Origin: Balanoglossus misakiensis
Lineage: Eukaryota > Animalia > Hemichordata
Length of the DNA: 64,000 nt
NCBI GenBank assembly: GCA_040954595.2
Contig: CM082576.2
Location: 12,775,129 to 12,839,128, forward strand
Reading direction: 5' to 3'
Below, in pieces: positions 37,401 through 49,300 of this stretch. A program made the translations under genes and the position numbers. The first letter of the stretch is position 1; each line of letters starts with the position of its first letter. The notes beneath the pieces are model-generated. The model saw only the letters and a program-made list of their open reading frames with translations, searched no databases and was not told the DNA's origin.

Positions 37401-40400
37401 ACATTGTTTGAATAAGACCCATTTAAGATTCCTTTTTATATATATGTTCTTTGATACTCTGTTTTAAAATATTTGGCCTGGCTGTAATTGGTTTGCTATT
37501 TTAAAAACGTTAGTTTTTGTAATAAAATAATTCACCTAGAGAATTTCTACTAAAAGCAGCACACAATTATTTGTTATTTCTCTGACTAGCCACATGATAA
37601 TACGGTCAATAGGTCAATCTTCATATACTAAATGGATCAGATTATAATAAATGAATGAGTTGGATTCAAGGTCATTGTTAGGGACCGTCATGCCTAGAAT
37701 TTAGAAACAGCGGGCTCAGAACTCCTGCAGGACTGAAAAATAGACCCAGGCATGGTTATCAATCAGACTGAAATTAATCAATATATGCTAGGCACCCTGA
37801 GTGGATTTAATTTATCATCGTGCTACAGCAGTTTGTCGTGCATGATGAAAGTAATCCCATATTTGCATACAGTGTCTCAGATACCCGTTGTGCATTAGGG
37901 GTGTGTTTTGGTAACACCCCTAATAGTTACAAACCAAAAATTAATCCCACGCCCACTTCCAACAAATTCTTGATATCTTTTTTTTTTTTTAAAGTGAGTC
38001 CAGTCGTGGGACTGGGTTACTGGAACGAGTGACAAGCGACAAAAGAAGCTTGGCACAGTTGCATCTCGTTGAATTCAGCGACCGAGATTCGGGTAAGAAA
38101 TTCAACGAGTCTTACCTCCCCCCGTTTTTGTTGTTTACTGAGTTATTCCATCAACTCGTTGCCATGTTCCACCCTCTAGTGTAACCTTACGTAATAGCAC
38201 TCTCCTCATTTCTTTTTTTTTCCAACTCTCTGAAGTACTGCTATCTCAAGAATCTTAATTGCATTCCATCCCATTACGGATTCCTATTTTTCCTACTTTA
38301 AGCCACTTTGCTAATCACAAACATAACTTATTTTTTCCTCCCTTTCTGTCAAGATAAAATCTCTTCCTACATCGCTGGTTAGTAAGGTGCAATTTTCTTC
38401 AACTCTGACTGATGGAAATTAACCCCTCTCTTTAAAATAATTAACATTTTGTATGGAGTGTTAAACTAACTCACTTCAGAGTTTAGATATGAAACACCTG
38501 TCATGATCACAGGTTTGCGAAATTCGCAGCATGCAGTTCAGCCCCTTCACTTGACCCAAGCCTTCTCTTTTTTCTTTCTTTTCACTACCTTTTTTCTTCT
38601 CGTCATTTCATGGATACCATACTTCATTTTCTTCTCTCCTTTTCCTTCCCTGCTCTCCATTTGTCTCCTGTGTGTCCCCAGTAAATTATCATGGCTCATT
38701 CGTTTTATTTCATTTTGCATACTATGCATGCAAAAACCGACAGCTGCAAAGTCAGTGCAAACTCCGTTGAAAAGTAAGTGGAAAAGAAAATTCACATATA
38801 TGTACGTTCATCCGTCATCTTCCATCATTGTTGCTTACTTTCGTGTCCCGTTCGGGATTGTTTTATACACAGATCGATTAATCCACTTTCGCACATTTCT
38901 TGTTTCTCAAGTTTCCTCTTTTTAGATTTTCGTATTTGCTAATTCACCACCTTCTTTGTGAATTTCCACTTTTGATGAAATCATCATAAATTCATTACCA
39001 CTCAGACTGGGAGTTACGCAGCAGTTGTAATTTATGAAATGTCCTTTGATTTAGGGGTGGGTGGGACGTCCAGATTTCCGTTGTAGCTAATGGTTATAGC
39101 GCCCTCTAGAGGCATGAATTTGACCCTGTTGATCCAAGTGCAGAGAGAGTTCTGTGCAGTGATCAACGAAAGACATGCCTGGGATAATTCAGATATTTTA
39201 TTTTTGTTTGCGGTGTCAGAAGTTATTAAAACACGACAGTCAATGCAATCTGACAGAATGTTGACTTTTCACTTTATTGTATTGTGGGGGTTATTTTTTT
39301 ACGTAGGTTCACTACATAACTCACTGGCAGCATCCAAGATGGAGCAAGCTCTCTCTGAAGTGGCATCATCCATCAACAGCTATATGCCAAGACAAGGTCC
39401 CCAGCAAGCATGGCTTATGCAAGCTCAAATATGGCTTAGTATAGGTAAGTTCTGTCAGCAACATGAAGTAAAGCCTTTGTGAGGGACAAATGTTGTTTCT
39501 ACATTCTTTCGTTTGTGGAAAGCTATGTACGTTGTTCTGCTGTCTACAAGGTTTATTTGAATAACTTTTTCACAAGTTATTTGTAGATATGTATCTAATT
39601 TCTACATTTGATCGTGCACTCTGGAAATTATGTCATCAAGGTGTGAGCATATTATGTCATGCAATGTGTCAAAAGGCAATTTCTTTGCCCAAGTGGGGGA
39701 AAGCGCTTTCATCCCTGTGTAATGCTATGAGGAAAGTTACCCTTGCAGTTGTGCAGTTTATTTTCTGTTTATCATGCCCCAGGCGAGCACACATTGCCAA
39801 ACTATTTCCATTCTCCTTACCATGCAAATTGCTGTCAGTCCCCATGCTCTGTTTTGTTAAAACATGTCTGAGAGATTCAAACCCGTGTTGCAGTGCATTT
39901 TGTTTATTTATCATTCATAGCCATGTGGAAGCTAGCAAATAAATTCACACACGCACAAAAAAATTATGAGTTTACAGAGAATCCTTCATGAATTTGTTGA
40001 AAGGATGAATTTTTTTAACCTTGAGAGTAGCAATGTCACCACTGGGATGTGGCTCTGTATCCGTAATCAAAACATATGTCATTGACTTATAAATTTTTTA
40101 TGTTCCTCTCTTCTACATGTTCAGAAATTGCAAAATATGTATTATTTAAACTATATCTTCCTAACAACTCTGCTCTGTATTTTGATTCAAATTGCCATAT
40201 GGTGAAATATGTACCATGGTAGTTAAAAGGTAGTAATAATATTCTTGTGCCTGTATAACTTTATGGGGAATAATACCTTCACTTCTGTGTATTTTTGTAT
40301 GTTCCATGTCCTGGCTCAGTTGCCTAAATAAGATACTTCTTCATTTTTGAACTATTTCGTTCTTGTTGCTGTGCACGTTGCTATCCATAGAATTTGCATT

Positions 40401-43400
40401 TGTAAAAAGCACATATTCAAACCTGTAGCTCAGTTGCTTTGATGTAGACATAGTAGAGCGCTGGCAACAAGTTTAATCAGTTTTGTTCAAAGCTTGGTTT
40501 GAAACAAGTGCGTGACTGATGACTTCGGCCGTTATGCATTAACGGCTCGGTGGAATATCCAAGGGTAAAAGAAATAAGACTTTGATAAAAATCAACCAAA
40601 TGCTTCGAGCAACAAAATGTAAGGCGATAAACCGCCATTATCAGTGTCAAGTACGCGCACCCTAAAGGTGTAATATTCCCACTCTTTCTCAGTCCACGCA
40701 TATTCACGTAATGATCACTTGGACGGAGCCTAATGGTGTAGAGCCAGCGGTGAAATCTGTAGGCCATAAATCATTGCATTGAACTCTTACATCTTTTTTT
40801 TGCAGCTGAGATCTATCTGGCCATGGATAAACCGGGTGAAGCCTCAGCGTGTGTCCATGAAGCTAGCAGCATTTTCCCTCTCTCTCATCATGTCATGTAT
40901 GTGGTAAGTACTTTGGACTTTTTTTTTCAAGCAAATGAAAAATGAACCAGGAATATATACAAGAATGCAATTAATTACCTGGTAATGTCTATTTTGTTTA
41001 TCTAGCAAACAAGGCAGCACTTAGAATCAACCTGGAAATGAGACTATTGAAATAACATTTATTGCATCCTTATGTCAGTACACAGAGAAAAAAATGTGGC
41101 TCCATCATGGAATATACAGCATATAAGCATGGATAATTTCTCACTGTATAAAATCTGAATGTACACCTTGGGTGTTATTTTTGTAGGAGTAATTGTTGTA
41201 ATACCTATCTTTAGTGCTGTGTATTCAGAGATAGAGATACATGTACTGCACATACATCCAGACGGACACGTAGGAAACAGTAGAATTAAATATAGGGATT
41301 GGAATTGGAAAGTTAAAATCAAACAAAGACTTCTCTGTATACATGTGTGTTCCTATGCCATATTAAAGCTCCCAATTGTGTTTCGCACAAAGAGCATTGA
41401 TCACAGAAAAATAAAAAAAAATGTCTGGCTGAGCCTTACGTAGGACTTTGAGATTTACAAAATGTGACTTCCCGATCTCGTCAGCCAAACTGATTAAATT
41501 AAAATCAATTCTGTGTGTGTTCCTCTGGGTCGAGGGTAAAGAACCACTTTTAAGTATGAAGTAATTGATTTTCGCATCGTCATGAATTGCAACTAATACA
41601 TGTGTGAGTATGTAGATTCTGATTGCCAAACGTACATTTACATGCCGCTACAGAAAATCCTCTTGAAGATATTTAATCATTGCGCCAATACTGTCAGAAT
41701 CTGTCAGGAAATATTTACTGTGAAGCAGTTTTCATTATAACCTCTGAAAGCTTTCAAGCTTATTGACAAGTCAAAGAGGTTTAGAGTTACGTGGCAGAAA
41801 AAGAGATGTACCGAGTTAGGGCAGCAAGTTGTTACAGTAAATATGACATCATTACGTAAAGTCTTGTTTCATTTGGGTAATGATGTACACCGGTCTCTGC
41901 CCCGCCCTCTTGGAACAAACTGAGTCATCAGACATCATAATAGCTTGGTTCAATTCAAATCATGCATGTGTCAATGACATCATTTCAGTTTTGTGTCACA
42001 AGTTACATCATTGAAGATGTGTTAAATCTACATGACCCTTCTACTTTAATTGGACCACTGTGTGTAGACAGCTAACTACTAGCAATTCAGCATATTTCTT
42101 TATGCATACATATACACCTCTTAAAACAAATCCGGTTATTCAAACAAACATAAAAAATGGCTGTGCCAATATTTCTCTTTGCATGAAGATACAAAAAAAA
42201 TAATTAGCATATTTGTTATTTTTCCTGACAGATTGACATAGCCGTTATCAGTATGCAAATACGCATGGCTAATTTTAAGCTGATTAATTATTCATAGATT
42301 TTAGATTGTTTGTCTGGCAGTGTGACAAATGAGTAATTTCTATACAGAGACAACAGTGTGCCTTCTTGTGGGTGGTCCATAAAGGTTTTCTCTGATACAG
42401 GCATTGGATCAGTTCTGTGGCTTCATGGAAACTGATAGTGGAAAAAATAAAACATGAAAAAAAAATGGAAGGCCACTTGAGCACCGGTAAAGGCTTCACT
42501 GGGAAAAAACAGGACATGGAGGTTTTAGAACTGGGACAGAAAAACAATTAGTGGGGGAGATTAAGGGTATAGTGTGGCATCTTGCCGGGCAGTGATATTT
42601 TTATATCGCTCAAGATCGAATTTTGAAGTACCGTATTTTCCTGTTTTGCGTGCATGTAAAATGTCACCGGAAAAACTTCAGAACCAGAAAAGGCCACAGC
42701 TCTGTTGAGGGACCCAATCACCACAGAGTAGTCACCATAACGATATGATGGTTGCCGTTGACTACAGTGCCACCCATACCTATGAAAAATCATATTTTCT
42801 TTGCCCACATGAAGTTCATAATTCTTGGGTGTAAATGTAGTGTCCTATCCCAAAACATACAGAAGAATTATCTGGAATTTCTCCCTCAACCCAATATGCC
42901 ATAGAGGATTACCTTTGATGATCGAAAAATCTATCTAAGTCAAAATGATGACAATGTGAGTCATCACAAATTACTGAATGATATCCTTCCTGACATGTGT
43001 AATTAATTTTTAATTGACAAACAAAAAATTGCCTCTAGAATGCAAGTCAGTTACACTGAGAGTTAACTCAGTGTAAATGCAAATGAATGCTCATTTATCA
43101 CTTTCTTTAACAGAGAAAATCTAATTAAACAAATCCAACCAACAGATATACACACAGTAGAATTATATCACAAAATATTTAGAAAATATGTGAACAATTT
43201 GCTAAGAATCACCAGCAATCCTGGTAACATTTTCTGCAACAAGTTTGCGCAAAAATTACCTTAAATACCAATAAATGGTGTACTTTATGTGTACAGTATC
43301 AGTGATGGAGCCTATCTTGTTTTTTTTATTTCACAGCGTGGTCTCATCCACGAACACAGGCACGAATTTGTGGAAGCCAAGAAGCACTACGACAATGCCA

Positions 43401-44653
43401 TCGCCATCAATCCCAGCCACATGAAAAGTCTGCAACATCTGGGAATGGTGCTGCACTACTCGGGAAATACCGTGCTCGCCGAGAAGGTTCTCCGAGACGC
43501 GGTCAACACCGATCCCACGTCGCACCACGCCTGGTAAGTCCCAGTTCATTTTCAAACTATTACGGTCTGAGCGTTGTTGCGCATTGGGTCTATGGGCTTT
43601 TGTTTAGTATTTGCATTATGATGCCTTGTATCCACACTGCGTTCTTTGTCAAAAATCTCCTCTGTGACATGATGAAGTGGGCAGTTCAAACATATGAGAT
43701 CCTACTGACTTGAAACAGGCTTGTTGCCCGGCAACGCAGAATGATGTCGTTTCTTGAGAAGAACTCTTGGTCTCCTCGGCTGTATTTCACCCAGTAAAAT
43801 ATACTTTGACTTTACTCAGCCTCACCCAGTGGCACATTTACAGCTCCCTAGACAGCTGTAATTCCTTTCGCGAGTTATTTGGTGTTTGTTGTGAATGGTA
43901 ATCATGTGGTTCATTCGTTCAACTTTGTGAAATACCAACACAGAGTCTAATGGGTTGTTTGGATTGATTTCACACTGCGGCCCCTTGAATTCTCTCGTAG
44001 CGTAGCGTGGAATAGCCCTTACATCTGCACAGCATGGATTTGAGCAATCTGATTAAAATCGTTGCCGTTCCCTACATCTGATTTTAATCAGATTGTATCC
44101 AGAGGGCAAAGCAAAACACGTCGTTTTTGATCTCTACTATGATTGTACCGTGTGTCTTGATGCAAAAAGTCAAAAGACAGATAGATGGAACTTCCCCTCT
44201 ACCTTTTGTCAAACCTGATTCTTTTATGCACCCAAGTATAAAATTGATCAGTACATCTCAGCAGGCGCAAGGAGCTGGCAGATGTCCAACTCATTGGGCT
44301 TAGAACTGGGTGAACATTGTCATTTCAAACTGAATTCTGTCATTATATTGAACCAGCAACCCTGATATTCAACATTTATGTGTACTGGTAATTCAAGAAA
44401 AATAACTGTTTAGGTGAAAAGAGGATTTTTCTTAACAAGCACTGTAGCCTCTCGTCATATTAAGAGCTTTGCTTGGTGACTGTTCACAATTTCTTTTTCC
44501 CTTTCCATTATTTATTATTACAGGAAGAACCTCGGCACAGTCTTGGAATACCAGGGAGAGTTTGACGGAGCGAGCCAGTGTCTGTTGACAGCTGTTGAGT
44601 TGGAGTCGTCCAGTCCCATCACTCCGTTCACCTCAATACCCCGGCTGCTCTGA
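23463..44653 (+). CDS. TTC7B: Tetratricopeptide repeat protein 7 (TTC7A/B ortholog; PI4KIIIalpha complex scaffold), ~854 aa; exons 23463-23592, 26324-26472, 27514-27682, 28419-28674, 28996-29280, 31592-31655, 31841-31978, 32924-33007, 33295-33399, 34524-34638, 35104-35234, 36314-36474, 37240-37356, 37995-38092, 39307-39444, 40806-40903, 43337-43533, 44524-44653
   Basis: N-terminus MAASKKQTMRLEQEIEKNRTECNW; LGESQLELYVREHPL; RMTLARELAEVLLRG; AVYDLLTIALVRRAQY; FSFEEFHLWMQFALSL; AASKMEQALSEVASS; LAEKVLRDAVNTDP; C-terminus ESSSPITPFTSIPRLL*. The 2565-nt spliced frame is phase-consistent. Confidence 0.96.
23814..23917. repeat. Compound (GAT)n/(GGT)n microsatellite
   Basis: Degenerate gat/ggt/gtt triplets ending in a pure (gat)n run. 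Confidence 0.9.
24232..25476. mobile_element. Foldback DNA transposon, non-autonomous, P-element/Galileo-like
   Basis: Arms 24232-24755 and 24913-25476 are reverse complements apart from microsatellite and homopolymer length; 157-bp spacer; termini CACAGG...CCTGTG; 7-bp direct repeat GTATTGC at 24225-24231 and 25477-25483. Confidence 0.9.
30512..31011. mobile_element. Possible old non-autonomous DNA transposon (~500 bp)
   Basis: Imperfect inverted termini taaagccccaagtagctg ... cagtatttggcttta. Confidence 0.35.
32029..32574. mobile_element. Non-autonomous element with a 110-bp terminal palindrome and asymmetric inverted repeats (Crypton-like, tentative)
   Basis: Hairpin 32034-32143 (agcaataaccc..gatttgggtacaattcg..catatagcac / gtgctatatg..cgaattgtacccaaatc..gggttattgct). 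attatattatatca (32144-32157) is the inverted repeat of tgatataatataat (32559-32572). AATTA at both boundaries; GC richer than the flanking intron. Confidence 0.7.
36920..37195. repeat. (TATG)n microsatellite with (TG)n flanks
   Basis: Pure tatg run ~36991-37119. Confidence 0.97.
44045..44095. repeat. Perfect 16-bp inverted repeat with 19-nt loop
   Basis: caatctgattaaaatc (44045-44060) / gattttaatcagattg (44080-44095). Confidence 0.85.
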
Positions 44654-46174
44654 GACAGTCGATGTGACAGTACTGTGTGAGACACCCTTTCTTTTACATC
44701 TTACAATGGAACTGGAACCAGTCTGCTAATATTAGGTAGACAAAAAAAACATCTACGATTTAGCTACTCTGAAATATGTATATATGTATTAATTTTTTAT
44801 GAATCTTCTCAAAAAAGGTGCAATATGTACATTTAGGGAAGCCTACTCAAAAGGCCCAAGTTTCAATTTAGATGACCGCATGTGTTAATATCCAGCAATT
44901 GAAGGATTAATCATCAACTATTCATGAGAAGACCTCATGAAATATTCTGCTTTCCTTCCTGAAGCGTGCATTTCTGAGATGTGGAGATATTACTTTGCGG
45001 GCGTAAATGAATTTCTGTTATGAATAGTGATCCATATTTCATCAGCTGAATTTCCCTTTTGTACAATTTGACTGAGCATGTTATAAATTTTGGTTATTAA
45101 TTTTTTTCTGGCGCTTTTTCAGTAAACATGGACAGTTCGTACTAAAGAATTTGATTGGGCAGCTCAATATTACATCATTATCAGTGCAATATTTCGTATA
45201 CAAGAGTGAATAGGATATTTTTTGTCGTGTTAGATGTGAGCTTTCAAGCAGAAATTTGTGTCTACTGGGGAATTTTTTTATTAATTTCCTTGTCAGTTTC
45301 ATTCAGGAAGGTATTAGTCAATTAGGAGAAAACATTTCAGCTAATTAAAAATGCAGCAGTGTGATTCATTGAATAAAATAATTCATGTTCAAAATCTTTT
45401 TTTCTTTCTTTTAGAAAGTCACTGTATCATTTGCTAGTACTTATTGTGAGAGATCAAAGTGAAAAGACTTCAATCTGTATTACATGTACCGGTATATCTG
45501 TTGCAAGATATAGGGACCTCATGACTTTACTCTTTGTTGTGTGTAAATACTGGTTTGCACTTTTTAGAGAAAAAATAACTGGTTTGTTTAAAAGGCGGAA
45601 TCAATAAAATCGATTTTTATAGTATTTTGAATGACTGGATGTGTGCATTTTTGGCTGTGACTGTTAGTGAAAGGGGGGGTTGCTGACTTGTGGTTTAGAA
45701 TAAATGTTGGTTCAAAGTGCAGTCATAAGCCACAGTAGCTGGCTTTGTTTCCTAAAAATTCCCCCTCATGGTCCATTGTGCTTAGACCAAACAACCACAG
45801 AAGGAGGCCGAACAAAAAATTGGAAATATGCAGAAATTATTTCACTGGCTGACAAGTCAATACTCTTCTGAAGTTGTGCAGAAGTTCTGTACACAGCTAA
45901 TAGGACTTCATATCTGCTCAGCAAGTTTGAGTTGCCACACAACCAAACCAGGCCGAGTGTGCGGAGCAAATTGAAATGAAAATATTGACTAATTGTTAGT
46001 TATGAAATTCTTCAGACCTGCAGGTGGCGAGAAGAGTCTCTCACGGTTGACCATGATTCCTTCAGGCCGGCTGTGCTTGTTGATAAACCACTGGATGATT
46101 GCATAAGTTCGTTCATACGATACAACCAGCACGGTCACTATAAGGCCCCACGTAGACCTACCAGCAATTGGCAT

Positions 46175-46297
46175 ATTCTGAAATCCGACTTTTCAATGGA
46201 ATCATTGCACAGACATACTCAACACAAGGAATACAAACACAAAGGCCATTTACCTTTTGGCACATTTATTTAGTTCACACATATTTAAAAGTATATA
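46175..46297 (+). repeat. 123-bp direct repeat, left copy (flanks the satellite)
   Basis: attctgaaatccg...ttaaaagtatata matches 53813-53935 with 5 mismatches. Confidence 0.93.
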
Positions 46298-46300
46298 ATA

Positions 46301-49300
46301 CCAATTTTCGACATGCCAAATTTTGATATTTTGGGCCTTTTTGAACATTTTTCATGGGTTATACATCATGATTTTTTCCCAAAAATGACCAATTTTCGAC
46401 TTGCCGAATTTTGATATTTTGGGCCTTTTTGAACATTTTTCATGGGTTATACATCATGATTTTTTCCCAAAAATGACCAATTTTCGACTTGCCGAATTTT
46501 GATATTTTGGGCCTTTTTGAACATTTTTCATGGGTTATACATCATGATTTTTTCCCAAAAATGAACAATTTTCGACTTGCCGAATTTTGATATTTTGGGC
46601 CATTTTGAACATTTTTCATGGGTTATACATCATGATTTTTCCCCAAAAATGACCAATTTTCGACTTGCCGAATTTTGATATTTTGGGCCCTTTTGAACAT
46701 TTTTCATGGGTTATACATCATGATTTTTCCCCAAAAATGACCAATTTTCGACTTGCCGAATTTTGATATTTTGGGCCTTTTTGAACATTTTTTATGGGTT
46801 ATACATCATGATTTTTCCCCAAAAATGACCAATTTTCGACTTGCCGAATTCTGATATTTTGGGCCTTTTTGAACATTTTTCATGGGTTATACATCATGAT
46901 TTTTCCCCAAAAATGACCAATTTTCGACTTGCCGAATTTTGATATTTTGGGCCTTTTTGAACATTTTTCATGGTTTATACATCATGATTTTCCCCCAAAA
47001 ATGACCAATTTTCGACTTGCCGAATTCTGATATTTTGGGCCTTTCTGAATATTTTTCATGGGTTATACATCATGATTTTTCCCCAAAAATGACCAATTTT
47101 CGACTTGCCGAATTTTGATATTTTGGGCCCTTTTAAACATTTTTCATGGGTTATACATCATGATTTTCCCCCAAAAATGACCAATTTTCGACTTGCCGAA
47201 TTTTGATATTTTGGGCCTTTTTGAACATTTTTCATGGGTTAAACATCATGATTTTTCCCCAAAAATGACCAATTTTCGACTTGCCGAATTCTGATATTTT
47301 GGGCCTTTTTGAACATTTTTCATGGGTTATACATCATGATTTTTCCCCAAAAATGACCAATTTTCGACTTGCCGAATTTTGATATTTTGGGCCTTTTTGA
47401 ACATTTTTCATGGTTTATACATCATAATTTTCCCCCCAAAATGACCAATTTTCGACTTGCCGAATTCTGATATGTTGGACCTTTTTGAACATTTTTCATG
47501 GGTTATACATCATGATTTTTCCCCAAAAATGACCAATTTTCGACTTGCCGAATTTTGATATTTTGGGCCTTTTTGAACATTTTTTATGGGTTATACATCA
47601 TGATTTTTCCCCAAAAATGACCAATTTTCGACTTGCCGAATTCTGATATTTTGGGCCTTTTTGAACATTTTTCATGGGTTATACATCATGATTTTTCCCC
47701 AAAAATGACCAATTTTCGACTTGCCGAATTTTGATATTTTGGGCCTTTTTGAACATTTTTCATGGTTTATACATCATGATTTTCCCCCAAAAATGACCAA
47801 TTTTCGACTTGCCGAATTCTGATATTTTGGGCCTTTCTGAATATTTTTCATGGGTTATACATCATGATTTTTCCCCAAAAATGACCAATTTTCGACTTGC
47901 CGAATTTTGATATTTTGGGCCCTTTTAAACATTTTTCATGGGTTATACATCATGATTTTCCCCCAAAAATGACCAATTTTCGACTTGCCGAATTTTGATA
48001 TTTTGGGCCTTTTTGAACATTTTTCATGGGTTAAACATCATGATTTTTCCCCAAAAATGACCAATTTTCGACTTGCCGAATTCTGATATTTTGGGCCTTT
48101 TTGAACATTTTTCATGGGTTATACATCATGATTTTTCCCCAAAAATGACCAATTTTCGACTTGCCGAATTTTGATATTTTGGGCCTTTTTGAACATTTTT
48201 CATGGTTTATACATCATAATTTTCCCCCCAAAATGACCAATTTTCGACTTGCCGAATTCTGATATGTTGGACCTTTTTGAACATTTTTCATGGGTTATAC
48301 ATCATGATTTTTCCCCAAAAATGACCAATTTTCGACTTGCCGAATTTTGATATTTTGGGCCTTTTTGAACATTTTTCATGGGTTATACATCATGATTTTT
48401 CCCCAAAAATGACCAATTTTCGACTTGCCGAATTCTGATATTTTGGGCCTTTTTGAACATTTTTCCTTGGTTATACATCATGATTTTCCCCCAAAAATGA
48501 CCAATTTTCGACTTGACGAATTCTGATATTTTGGGCCTTTTTGAACATTTTTCATGGGTTATACATCATGATTTTTCCCCAAAAATGACCAATTTTCGAC
48601 TTGCCGAATTCTGATATTTTGGGCCTTTTTGAACATTTTTCATGGGTTATACATCATGATTTTCCCCCAAAAATGACCAATTTTCGACTTGCCGAATTCT
48701 GATATGTTGGGCCTGTTTGAACATTTTTCATGGGTTATACATCATGATTTTTTCCCAAAAATGACCAATTTTCGACTTGCCGAATTTTGATATTTTGGGC
48801 CTTTTTGAACATTTTTCATGGGTTATACATCATGATTTTTCCCCAAAAATGACCAATTTTCGACTTGCCGAATTCTGATATTTTGGGCCTTTTTGAACAT
48901 TTTTCATGGGTTATACATCACGATTTTCCCCCAAAAATGACCAATTTTCGACTTGCCGATTTCTTGTATTTTGGGCCTTTTTGAACATTTTTCATGGGTT
49001 ATACATCATGATTTTTTCCCAAAAATGACCAATTTTCGACTTGCCGAATTTTGATATTTTGGGCCTTTTTGAACATTTTTCATGGGTTATACATCATGAT
49101 TTTTCCCCAAAAATGACCAATTTTCGACTTGCCGAATTCTGATATTTTGGGCCTTTTTGAACATTTTTCATGGGTTATACATCACGATTTTCCCCCAAAA
49201 ATGACCAATTTTCGACTTGCCGAATTTTGATATTTTGGGCCTTTTTGAACATTTTTCATGGGTTATACATCACGATTTTTCCCCAAAAATGACCAATTTT

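Noticed and set aside
42409-42705. Possible MITE (cagttctgtggc / gccacagctctg)
   Set aside because: Only a 10/12 inverted match and no clear TSD.
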